DNA from: Cyanophora paradoxa CCMP329
Taxonomy: Eukaryota; Plantae; Glaucophyta
Direction: 5' to 3'
Assembly (NCBI GenBank): GCA_004431415.1
Contig: QPMI01000468.1
Span: 85,641-149,640, forward strand
DNA: 64,000 nt
How positions within the stretch are numbered: the first letter of the stretch is position 1; each line of letters begins with the position of its first letter. The translations under genes were made by a program, and so were the position numbers. Under the pieces are notes generated by a model, which was given only the letters and a program-made list of their open reading frames with translations, made no database searches and was not told the DNA's origin. Of the stretch, positions 36,538-47,938 are shown piece by piece.

Positions 36538-37923
36538 CTACAGCAGGTCTGCGGCGCGGCGGCGTCAGCCGAGCCAAGAGGGAGAGCGGGAAGGAGAGGA
36601 ATGAGGGCGGACCGACGACGCCCTCGAGCCAGACACGGAGCTTCTGGAGCTCGGTCGAGACGGAGAGGTCCAGCCGCTGGTTGCCGATCTGCACGACCAG
36701 GCCCCCGATGAGGCTCGCGTCGACCTGCACGCGGCCAGGCACGGTCAGCGGCGGTTTCCCCGGGGCGGGCGCGACAAGGAGGGCGGGGCGGGGCGGGGCG
36801 GGGCGGGGCGCACGGCCGACTCGATGCGGAAGGCCTGCCCGCCGAGCAGCTCCTTGAAGTTGCTCTCGATGACGCGCTTCACGGCGTCGTCCATCGGCTG
36901 CGCGCGCGCGCGGCCCCGCGTGAGACCAGCGGCGGAGGGAGGGAGGTCAACGGCGGTCTAGCGGCGGTCGGGCACGGAGGAGATGGTGGGGCAAGGAGCG
37001 GGAAGAGGAAACGAAAACGTCGCCGGCTTCGGGCCCAGGGTCTCTAAGAGCGGAAAGCCTCCTGAACAGTTCCTGCGCCGGCGCACCTTGGCGGTCGTGA
37101 CGACGATTTCGATCTCGCCCTTCTCGGCCTTCGCCACGGCGTTGAAGGTGTCAATAACCTGGAGCGCAATATCCAGGCGCCCGGACGACGCGACGACGCC
37201 TGCAAGCCCGATAAGGACCACGAATGACTACGGGGCAAAAGCCGGGACGCACTGAGGAAGGACGCGGTCACGGGGTTGAACTTCTCGGAGAGCTTCGCCA
37301 GGTCATTCTTCTTCTGCTGGCGGGTGATGGTGGGGTCCTCGAGGTAGCGGGCGAGCTTGGCGTTGGACTTCACGGCAGCGGCGAAGGCTGCGAGGTCCTT
37401 GGTGACCTGCCGGGCGGGCGCGGCGTTTAGCTGCGGCACTGTCGTCAACGCCGACGCCTGGCGGACCGCATCGATAGCCTTCTGCTTCTCTGCCGCAGAA
37501 CGAAGAGCCTGCGCATAGCGAGCAGCCGCGCCGTACTGCTTCATCGAGCCCTGCCGGCGCGCACGGCTTGGCCCGCGGCGGCACGCGAGCTGCGGGGCAG
37601 GCGAACCGACGCCAGCTTCGCATCCTTAGGGATCTTGAACTTGCTGGTGTCAGACATGGGCGTGATGATGCGCTTCTTGATCAGCTCGCGCATGTTGTCC
37701 TGCGTGATCCGGTGAGACTGGTTCCCCGACATCGCGCGGCGCTCATGCGGCGAGGACTCACCGCAACCTGATCGAAGGACTCCGGCGCGGTGGCCATGCC
37801 CTGGGCGAGTAGCGTCAGCCGAGGGTCGGCGCCCCGAAAGAGCACCCGAGCGGGCAGAAAGGCCCGCCCTATCGCCTAAGCAACCCGGCGAACCCGGCGG
37901 AGGATCTTCGCGACGCCGGCCAT
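36538..37923 (-). CDS. ATP5PO: Mitochondrial ATP synthase OSCP (delta-family) subunit
   Basis: YGAAARYAQALRSAAEK, YLEDPTITRQQK, VVASSGRL, KGEIEIVVTTAK|PMD, VDASLIGGLVVQIGNQRLDLSV. Arg-rich presequence MAGVAKILRRVRR. Confidence 0.9.
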
Positions 37924-38126
37924 CTTCTCCGTTCCCGAACTGTGGCTACCCCTCCGCCGACCCCACCCCCCCCCTTGAGACGCGCTTCGCGCGTGGACTC
38001 GCTGGGAGCACCAAGGCGCCTCGAAGCTTGTCACACGAGTGCACGTAAGCGAGCCCGCCCAGCGCTGACACTGCCTGCCGCCGAACCGCCCGCAGACGCA
38101 CACGCCCTGCCGACGCCGACGCCCTG

Positions 38127-41100
38127 ATGTTCGGAAAGCTCGCCTCCATCTCGAAGGCGGTCGGCCAGGTGCATCTGCCGCGCACAGGATGGTTTAGCTG
38201 GAATGACATGTCCCATCGAATTGCAGATTACGAAAGACGTGTTAGCCGACGAGCCAGACGAGGATGAGCTGTCCGACCTCGAGCGCGAGGAGCAGCAGAA
38301 GCCTTCGAAGCCCGCGCCGGCAGCGCCGGGTTCCGTCGGGGCCGAGCAGAACAGGAGCGAAACTTCGGAGCTGAGGGAGCGCCTCCGCGCGTCGGAGGAG
38401 CATGTTCAAAAACTCAGCAGGGAGTATGGCAAGCTGCTCACTGAGAAGGAGGTGAGCCGGCGACGCGAGCCCGCCCGGACGCGCCAGCGCGGACACGCCG
38501 CCCGCGCAGCGCGAGATTACGGGGCTCAAGCAGGAGCGCGACAAGCTGAAGGAGCAGCGGGATCAGTCCGGCCGAGCAGTCGCCAGCAAGTCTCCGACGT
38601 CGGAAGGAGACTGGCAAACCGACAGCGCTCTCGCCAACGGGTGCAGGCGCGCCGCGGGGCGGCGGGCGGCGCTCCGCTGAGAGCTGCGCCGGCGCAGGCT
38701 GGAGTCGTCGCTGGAGGCGGCGGAGGCGGAGATCGACCGGCTGTCGAGCCTGCTGAGCAAGGCGGAGGAGGAGATCAAGCGGCTGCGGGAGGCCGCGGGG
38801 GACAGCGTCATCGTCCAGGAGCTCAAGGTGCTCGCGCCCGAGGAGGCGGCGCCGCCGGGGCGGCCCGGCGCTGAGCCAGGGCGCAGGCGCGGCTGGAGCG
38901 CGAGGCGGCGGAGCGGCAGAAGGAGGTTGACAGCCTCGCGGACCACTTCAGGGAGCAGCTCAAGCTCCACCAGGCCGCCTCCTCCCACAACCGTGCGCCC
39001 GCCCAAACACGCACGTCGTTGCGGGGCGGCGGGGCGGCCGAGCGGCGGGGGCGCAGAGGAGGCGGAGCTGGCGCGGCTGGAGGCGGAGGACGCGAAGAAC
39101 AGGCAGGTCATCGGCGAGCTGCGCGAGGAGCTCGAGCGCCTCAGGGGCGAGCTCGAGGGCCGCGACAAGGTCCGCCGCGCCGCGCCGCGCCGCGCTGTGC
39201 CCGGCGGCGTCGCCGACGGCCGGCGCGGGGCGCAGGCGCACGTGGCGCTGGAGCGGAAGCTGGCGGACGAGGAGGAGCGCGTGCGCCGCCTCAAGCAGGT
39301 CCGCCCCGCCCGCCCTTCGCCGGGACACGAGCCGGCCCCGAGCCGGCCCCGCAGCAACTGGACATCGCGTGCTCGGCTGCGCCGGGCGGCGGGGCGGCGT
39401 CGGGCTCGGGCGGGGCGGCGCCGAAGGAGGCGACGGCGGGCTGGGAGGCGCTGCGGCAGCTGCTGGAGCCGGCGTTCCCGCAGCTGATGCGCCCCGCCGG
39501 CGGCTCGGTCAGCGAGGAGGCGGAGGCGCTCGGCATCTCGCCCCTCGTCCTCACCATCGAGCGCATCAAGGGTCCGCCGCCCCGCCCGCCACGCCCCGCC
39601 CGCCCACCGCCCGGGGCGCGCGCCGAGGGGGCCGGGGCGGCGCAGCGACGGTGCAGCACGCGGTGATGGAGCGTGAGGGTTTCGAGGAGGAGAAGGGCCG
39701 CTGGAACGAGGAGGCGCACCAGTGGCAGGCCGAGGTCGACCGCCTGAACGAGACCGCCGAGGGGGCCCGCAAGGAGCTCGACAAGGCGAAGCAGGAGGCG
39801 GAGCGGGCCCGGCAGGAGGCCGAGCGCGCCCGCGCCGCCGCCGACTCGGAGGCCGACAAGGAGCGCAGCGCGGCCGAGGTCGAGGTCGAGCGGCTCAGGT
39901 GAGGCCCGCCCCGCCGCGCGCCCGCGGGCCGCGCCGACGGCCGGGGCGCAGGGGCCGCGAGCGGGAGCTGCAGGCGCACGTCGAGGCGCTGCAGGTCCGC
40001 CCGGCCCCTCCCGCCCCCGCGCTTGGCTGAGTCATCGGCAGCTGCAGCTGCAGTCCGCGAGCGCCGCGCCGGCGGAGGGCGCCGGCGGCCGTGACGCGGC
40101 GCTAGCGAAGGCGCAGGAGGGTGCGCCGGGGCGGGCGGGCGCGGGGGCGGGCGGGGGCGGCGGGCGGCTGAGCTGGCGGGCGGACGGCGGGCGGCAGACG
40201 TGCGGCGGCTGCTGTCGGCGAAGGGCGAGCTGGAGGCGGCGAACGCGGAGCTGCAGGACGAGGTGCAGAAGCTGCAGGCGGAGGTCCGACGCGTGGCCGG
40301 CATGGGCGCCGAGGAGGGCGGGGCCCGGGACCCGAGGCCGAGGCCCACCTCCGCGCCGAGGTACGAGCGCGGCGCGGCGCGGCGCGCCGCGGGCGGACAG
40401 CGAGCGGCCGGGCCTGCGCAGCTGCAGGCGGCGACGGAGCGGGCGGGGAAGCAGGGGCGGGCGCTGGAGCGGCTGCAGGCGGACCTGGTGGATAAGGACC
40501 GGCAGCTCGAGCAGATGGCGGTCGAGTCGCAGGAGCGCGACGCCCGCCTCGCCGACCTCGAGAAGCTGTGCGCCCAGGCCCCGGCCCCGGCGTCGGCGCC
40601 CGCGCCCGCGCCGCGTTCTTGGAGGAGGCCCCGCTGACCCTGCCTTCCTGCGGGGGGTACGGTAGGGTGGAGGTCAGCCGGGTGAAGGAGGAGGCGACGA
40701 GCGTGCAGGCGACGCGGACCATCAACCAGCTCCACTCGGACCTCGAGCGGCTCAAGGCCCGCCGGCCCCGCCCCGCCCTCTGTCTATCTAGCTAGCTTCC
40801 GCGCCGCCGGGCCGGGCCGGGCCAGACGCCGCCCGCAATCGCAGATCCAGTTCGCGGAGAAGGAAGCGGAGGCGGAGAGGAACGCGACGGCGGCGGCCAA
40901 CCTGCAGATGGTCCTCGACCAGTTCCAGCACGGTCCGCCCAGCCGCGCGCCTTAGCTCCGCCTCGCCGCACCGCGCCGCGCCGCTGAGGCCGGGGCAGAC
41001 CACGAGGAGGGCGTGAAGGCGGAGCTGAAGCGGCTGGGGAGCGCCCTGCAGGCGGCCCTCGACGAGGGCGAGCACGCACGCGCCCGCCACCGCGTCCGCC

Positions 41101-41905
41101 CCGCCCCGCCCCGCCCCGCCCGGAGCCTCCGCCTACGCCTACGCCTCTGCGCAGGAGGCGGCGGAGCGGGCGGAGACGGCCTCGTCGGAGGCGGCGGCGG
41201 TGCGGGTCGAGCTGGAGGCTCGCCAGGCAGAGGTCGTCACCCTCCGCGCCGAGGGTCCGCCCCGCCCCGCTTCGCTTCGCGGCCCGCGCCGCTCCGGGCC
41301 TGACGGACGGGCGGCGTGCAGCGGAGCGGATGCGGCGGGGGCTGGAGGAGGGGATGCGGCGGCTGAACACGAAGGAGACCGAGGCGGCGGAGCTCATCGA
41401 CCGGCGCCTCGTCAACAAGCTCGTCGTCTCCTACATCGGGTCCGCCCCCGGCGCCGCAGCGCCGGCGCGGCGCCCCCTCATTTCGCCGGGCCGGGTCGGG
41501 GCGCAGCGGGGACGGGAAGACCCAGCGGGACGTGCTCATGCTCATGGCCAAGATCCTGGGCTTCACGGATGCAGAGAAGGCCCGCCCGCGCCGCCCCCTC
41601 TGCCCTTGGCACGCCGCCTGACGCGCCAGGCGGGCGGGCGCAGGAGCGCGTGGGCCTGCTGCATCGGGACACCTGGTCCAGGCTCATCGGCTCCAAGGGC
41701 AAGGACGAGCTCGAGGTCGGGCCCCGCGCCCCCGACACGATCCCTTCTCCGTCTCCCTGATGCGTCTTTCCCTTAGAACGCGAACCTAGCGGACATGTGG
41801 GTCGAGTTCCTGCGGACGGAGGTGGACGAGGACGAGGCGGCCAAGGCCAACTCCAAGCAGCTGCAGAGCTCCAGCTCCTCCCGCTCCCTCGGGCCCGTCG
41901 GATGA
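38127..41905 (+). CDS. GRAB-domain coiled-coil golgin (GMAP-210/TRIP11, Rud3, plant GC3/GC4 family)
   Basis: Long coiled coil; C-terminal LIDRRLVNKLVVSYI..DVLMLMAKILGFTDAEK|ERVGL and LADMWVEFL. N-terminal amphipathic MFGKLASISKAVGQITKDVL. Confidence 0.85.
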
Positions 41906-42142
41906 CGCGGCCCGCCCGCCCGCGCGCTCGCGCGCCCGCCCTCGCTAGCTAGACCCCTCTGTAGGCGGCACCCTTGCCCCAGCCCCGTTTCCCTCCCTTC
42001 TTCTCTCAAACGAGCAGATCCCAGTGCGCCCGCCCGAGCGTGCCCCGCAAAAGCGCCGTGGGCCGCTCTCCTGCGCAAGCCTCGAGGCCCGCGCGCGGCT
42101 GCTGAGCGGATGCGCATTGAAAGCTGTACACGGGGGGCCCGG

Positions 42143-43475
42143 TCACGTGGCCATGGATTCGGGGTCGGCGGCCGCGGCGGCGGCGGCGGCTGGCGGCTCG
42201 GGGCTCGGGCCGGCGGGAATGCCGGCCTCGGCGAGCTTCTTGGAGAGCTCGGCGACCCTGCGTCGCTCCAAGTCAGGCGCGGGGGGGCGCCTGCGGCGGG
42301 GCTAATCAAGCTCCGGGGCGCGCCTCTCGCGGAGGACGGAGAGGGCGCGGCCGGCAAGGTCCCCCTCCCTGTCCAGCGCCTGCACCCGGCCCCGCCACGC
42401 GCCCCGCCAGTCAGAGGGCGCCCCGGGCCGGCGCGGCGCGCCCGCGCGCGCGCGCGCCCGCCCGCTCGCGCGCCTCGATTGTCTTGTTCGCCTCCTCGAG
42501 CGAGCGCTTGTACTCTCCCGAGACGCGCGTCTGCAGGGCCAGGCGCGCCTGCACAGGGCCGGGGGCGCTCGCTGCGCCCGGGACGGAGGGGGGAAGGACC
42601 CGGGGCGCAGCCCGCCGCACCTGCAAGTCGCGCATGGCGCCCTCCGAGAGCTTGCGTCCGAGCTCCTCGTTCTCGTCCGCGAGCGACCTGCGCCCGGGTC
42701 GGGGGGATTGGACGCTGCGCCCGCGGGGCGGCAGCTGCAGCGGGGGGCGCGCACTTGCACTTCGCGAGCAGCTGGCGGCCTGTCAAGCTGCCGGCCGGGC
42801 GTGAGAGGGGTGTGGGGGAGCGCGCCGGGCCCGGGGCCGGGGCGCACGAGTCCGGCTTGAAGTTGACAGCGTCCAGCTCATCCTTCGACTTACGCAGCTG
42901 CTCCTCCAGCTCCCGTATTCGCTCCTGCACTGCCGGGTGAGCTGAAACCACGGCTGCGCGCATACGGCCCGCACCCTCTGTCGCTTGAACTCGTCCTGTC
43001 GCGTGAGGCGCGGCGGAAGGGGCCGGGTCGAGGTCGGCGGCACGCGGAGAGGGGGGCGTGGGCGAAGCAACCACGCGCACCGCGAGGGGTTTGGGTATAT
43101 TATACGTGGACGGGTGCTTGATGGACGCCATGTCCTTCTTCAGGGCCTCGATCTCTGCCCCGCAGTTCAGTAGCCGCGGTCGACGTACAGCTTACCGCGT
43201 TCTTTAGCTTACCGCGTTCTTTAAGTACAACTTGGTAATAGATCGAGTAGCGGTCCGCAATAGCGCCCTCGTACGCGGCGCGCGCTGACGACGGACCTGG
43301 ATGGACGTGAGACGGGCTGCACGCGCGCGCGCTGGTCACACGAACTCATTCCCGGAAACAGCCTCCTCCACTCTTCGAGTTCGGACACGCTCGAGGAGCG
43401 CTCTGACGGCCCCGCCTCCTTCGAATTCCCCGCATCGTCGCCGCTGTCGTTCCCCGGCGCCGCGCTGTCGCTCAT
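42143..43475 (-). CDS. WTAP: WTAP/FIP37/Mum2 m6A writer complex subunit
   Basis: DELDAVNFKPDS|LTGRQLLAKCK|SLADENEELGRKLSEGAMRDLQ|ARLALQ matches the WTAP core (F.PDS.TG..L.AKC..L..EN.ELG..LS.G). Confidence 0.88.
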
Positions 43476-43672
43476 CGAGCGTAGCCTAGCTTCGCGTGGG
43501 CTTTGCGCGCAAACGCGCTTGGATCGACGATGGCTAGTCGCAAGCGAGCAGCGAGCGACTCGGTACCCCGCGAGCAAGAGTTGTCTGAGTTGAAGTGGGC
43601 GAAAAGCGCGAAGCTAGGCGCGTCCCCGGCCCCCGAGCGTGATGCCGATGCGATATAATTGCAACATTACTG

Positions 43673-44856
43673 ATGTGGACGGCCCTGCAGGCCAGGATCG
43701 AACAGTGCGCTCCAGCGGTCCGGCGTGTGCGGCCGCCGGGCGCTTCGGGATCATCGGCGTCCTCGGCGTGGATGTCCTGCAGACTGCCCGCCAGGGAAGC
43801 CGCACGCGCGCCTGCTGCGGCTCGTGTGCGTGGAGCGCCGGTGCGGCCCGCTCGCTTTGCGCGTGACCGAGCTCGAGCGTGGCTGGTCGCAGGCGGCTAC
43901 GAGCGCTTTCGCAAGCGCGGCCAGCGCGCAGCCTCGGCCGCAGGCGTCGGCCCCGTCCCCGATTTTCGTGACGGGCTCTCCAGGTGCGCATACGTTCAAA
44001 CTTAAGATGAGATCGCGCCCGCGCGTCTAGGTCCATCTCACCTCATCCGCAGGCGTCGGGAAAACTACGCTTATCTGCTCCGTTGTGGAAAGGCTCAGCG
44101 CTGCAGGGCTCAGCCTCTCGGGCTTTTTCACCGAGGAGGAGCGGGGATCGGGCGGCGCGCGCTCGGGATTCCAGGTCGTCGATGTCGTGAGCCGAAGGGC
44201 CGGCAGGCTCGCTACGACGCAACCCCTCGAAGGCCCCAAGGTCGGGCGATACTCTGTCACAACGCGCGAATTCGAGGTAACGATCGGGGGATTCCTTCGT
44301 CGAAGCATGCGGGCGTCTGAAGTTTGGCGCGCTGCGCGGGCGCGTCGGCAGGAGGTGGCGCTCCCCACGATCGCCCTCCGGCCGGGCGTCGACATCTACG
44401 TGATCGACGAGGTCTCGGGAAGCCCGCCCTGCCCCCACGCGCGCTTGCCGAGGCCTTCCCCGCCCGCAGGTGGGCAAGATGGAGTGCTTCTCGCGCGCCT
44501 TCGTGGAGGCTGTCCGCCGCCTCCTCGACGCGGTGCGTCCGGGCCCCGCTCCGCCCCTCATCAACGGCCGTGCCGCGTCCGCGGAGCGCCCTGACGGTCT
44601 TCTCGGGGCCGGGGCCTGGGGCGCAGCGGGTGCCGCTGCTCGCGACGGTGGCGCTGAAGGCGGGCGGCTTCGCGGGCGACGTGCGGGCCGCCGCCGGGGC
44701 CGGCCTCGTCGAGGTCACCCCCGCGAACCGCAACCGTGCGCCCTGCCCCGGCCCTGCCCCCAAACCCCGCCTCGCGATGGGCGGCGCCGCTCAGCGGCCG
44801 CAGAACTGGTGGACGAGGTCACGCGCCGCTGCCTCGCGGCTGCCGGCAGGGGGTGA
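43673..44856 (+). CDS. NTPCR: NTPCR/THEP1 nucleoside triphosphatase
   Basis: IFVTGSPG|VGKTTL, GFFTEEER..RSGF, KVGRYSV, VIDE|VGKMECFS, EVTPANRN. The N-terminal extension/start is uncertain. Confidence 0.9.
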
Positions 44857-45460
44857 CAGGCCTAGGGCATGCACCCCGCCCCAGAATCGTCTTTCTTTCT
44901 TCGATTCCACGCTTTGATCGTGATCATGAGTTACGGAGGTCGTTGCGCATGCGTCGCCCCCTTCGATCCTGGGGATCCCACTCCGACCCGGGGGCTGCCG
45001 GCGCCGGCGCCCCCGTGGCCCCGCCGCGGCGCCAGCTTCGTAGCGGCGGCGGCCCGCGCGCGGCGGCGGCGGCCGCTGGACACGGGCCCACGGCGCCGGC
45101 TCGTGACTCGAGCTCGAGCTCAGCTCAGCGCTAGCAGCTGCAGCTGAGCCGCTGAGCTCAGCTCATCTCAGCTGCAGCAGCTTGCTGCGCTGCCTAGCCT
45201 AGCTATCATGGCATTGCATATTACGATGTATCAGGTCCGGACTCGAACCTAGGCTGGAGCTCTAGCTCTCGATCGCGAGCCTACCGATGCGAGGGTCGAC
45301 GTCGACGGCGGGTACCGAGTGCGCATGCATGCGTGTCGCCGTCGGGCGTCGCGGCTGGCGCCGGCCGGCGCGCGCCGGAGCCTCGAGGAGATCAGTTCGA
45401 ATTCGAGCCAAATTTGAAGGCAAGGAAGAACGGTACCCCGAAAGCCAGAATTTCGAGGAC

Positions 45461-47642
45461 ATGCGGGGCGCTCGAGGGCCGCGCGTCAGCGGCATGGGCA
45501 CCGCCATGCTGGTCATGCTCGCACTCGCAAGCGTCGCTAGCATCGCCAGCGCGGGGAACGTCATCCTGGACTGGAACACTATTACGCTCGATTCGGTTCG
45601 CATACGCAGCCCCCCCGCTCGCCAATAGCGTCCCCGATCGGCCCAGATTCGCCACGGGCATCCGGCTGACGCGCCCTCCAGATGGTCCAGCTCCTCCACG
45701 AGACGTCGCACACGAGCCGCATGGTAGCGATGGTTAACCTAGCGATGTGGGACGCCCTCACGGACCCCGATGTACCCGCGTCCAACGACGCGGCCAACCA
45801 AGTCAGCCCGATCGGCCAGTTCGCCGCCTGCGTCGCGGCGCACAACATGCTGATCAGCTTCTATCCGGATATGCAATCGGAATACGACGCGGCGATCCGG
45901 CGCTCACGGCTCCTGATCGGCATTGAGCAGCGGGACGAGCCGCTCGCCGTTAAGATCGGGCGGCGCGCCGCGACGAAGATGATCGTCTCGCGCGTTGACG
46001 ACGGCTCGCTGGCCTTTGTCGACTACCGCCTCAGCTCCGAGATCGGGCACTGGCGCCCCGTCCCGCCCAGTGCGCCCACAGTGCAGCCCAGCGGTCGCCC
46101 TCTGCGCTGACGGCGCCCGCCCTGCAGAGTACGCGGTCATTCCGACGACGCCGCAGTACCAGATGGTGCAGCCGTTCTCGGGGGTCGAGGGCCAGAGCTT
46201 CCTCTTGCCGCACGGGCCGCCCCCGCTCGTCTCCAAGGAGTACGCCCGCGCATTCAACCTGACCAAGGCGCGCGGCCTCGCGGCCCTCCCCAGCCCTCGC
46301 CCTCGCTCGCGCTGACGGTCGCGGCAGCGCTACGGCTGCAGGCACTGCCACGAGTGAGCCGCCGGGCGCTGGCGCCGGCGCGGGGGCGGGGGCCTGAGGC
46401 GGCGCGCGCGCGCAGCGACGACGAAGAGAAGTCGCTCATCGCCGAGTTCTGGGCGGACGGGGACAAGACGACGGACCGCCCCGTCGCCCACTGGTGCCGC
46501 ATCGTCGTCAAGGTGCGGGGGGCGCCCCCGCGCCCGCCGCCGCCGCCGCCGCCCCCGCCGCTGACGGGCCCCCGGGGGTACGGGCAGCTGGCGGAGGACA
46601 CGGACCTGGGCCTGCTGGACTCGGCGCGCCTCCTCCGCGTGCTCTCCATAGCCCTCGCCGACGCCTCCGTCGCCAAGGCCCGCCCCGCCCGCCCCCCGAG
46701 GCCCGGCCGTGCCCCGCCGCTGCTGTCCTGAGGCGCACGGCGCGCGGCGCGCGGCGGGCGGGGCGCAGGCGATGAACAAGTACTACTACGACGCGTGGAG
46801 GCCGGTGACGGCCATCCGGGCCGGCGTGGACGACAACCCGTACCTGGCCCGGGACCCGAGCTGGGAGCCCTACCTGAAGACCGAGAACTCGCAGGAGTAC
46901 CCCTCCGGCCACGGCGCCTGGGCCGGCGCCGCCGTCCGCGTCCTCCAGGTACCCCGTACCCCCCTTCCCCGCGCGCCGCGCAGCCGGCGAGGCGGGGCGG
47001 GCGGGCGGCAGCTCTGGTTCGGCACGGACCACTACAAGCTGAAGGTCGCCAGCGGGGGCCTCCCCGGCGTCAAGCGGGTGCGCGCGCCCGCGCCGCGGCA
47101 GGCAGACGGCGGCGGCCGCGGGGCCGGCGCCGACGCCCGCGCCCGCCCGCAGAAGTTCCACCGGCTCTCGGAGATGGCGGAAGAGGTGCTGATGGCGCGC
47201 ATCTACGCCGGGAACCACTTCCGCTTCTCCGTCGAGGCCGGCCGCGCCGTCGGCGAGGCGGCCGCCAACGCCGCCTGGAAGGCCTGCGGCTTCCAGGCCG
47301 GCGCGGGCATGCGCGCCGAGCTCGCCGCCGCCGCCCGCCGCGCCGCCGCCCTCGAGGCCGCCGCGGCCGCCGCCCCGGCCGTGCCCCAGGCGCACGCCCT
47401 CGCGGCCCCTCGCTGCCCGGCCCCTCGCTCCGGCGGCCGACGCCCTCGAGGCCGAGCTCGAGCGCCTCTACGGGCCCCCAGCGGACGCCAAACCGGCGGC
47501 GGCGGCCGGCGCCGGCGCCGGGCGGCCGGTCGCGAAGCAGCCGGCGGCCAAGGAGGGGGGGGAGGGGGAGGGCCCCCAGCGCCTGCGGGGCGCCCCGGCG
47601 GCCGTCCTGGGCGCCCACGCCGCCGACCACGGCCGCCTCTGA
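45461..47642 (+). CDS. Secreted vanadium-dependent haloperoxidase / PAP2-superfamily protein
   Basis: Signal-peptide-like MLVMLALASVASIASA then NVILDWN; motifs KYYYDAWRP (Kx6RP), EYPSGH, RIYAGNHF (Rx5H). The tail needs a frame correction near 47405. Confidence 0.85.
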
Positions 47643-47938
47643 GCGTTCGTGGGGCGCACGTACCCCTCTGTGCGCCAGTACGGTAGTTTGTCTGCTGCCG
47701 CCGGCGCGGCCGGTCGCACACGGGGCGTGACTCGACGACCGCGCCACCGTGGCGCCGTGGCACGGCCGGACATGTACATGTACAGCCGGCTCCTTCGCTG
47801 CCATATATATATACTGTACTCTTGGTTTCGAGGATTTACGTATACTGTATACGTAGTACTGGTTTTTCAAGTTCATCTGTTCTTCAGAGTTTATCTGGCC
47901 CGCAGCCGAGTTGAAACTGAGGTCTCAGAAAGTCATGA

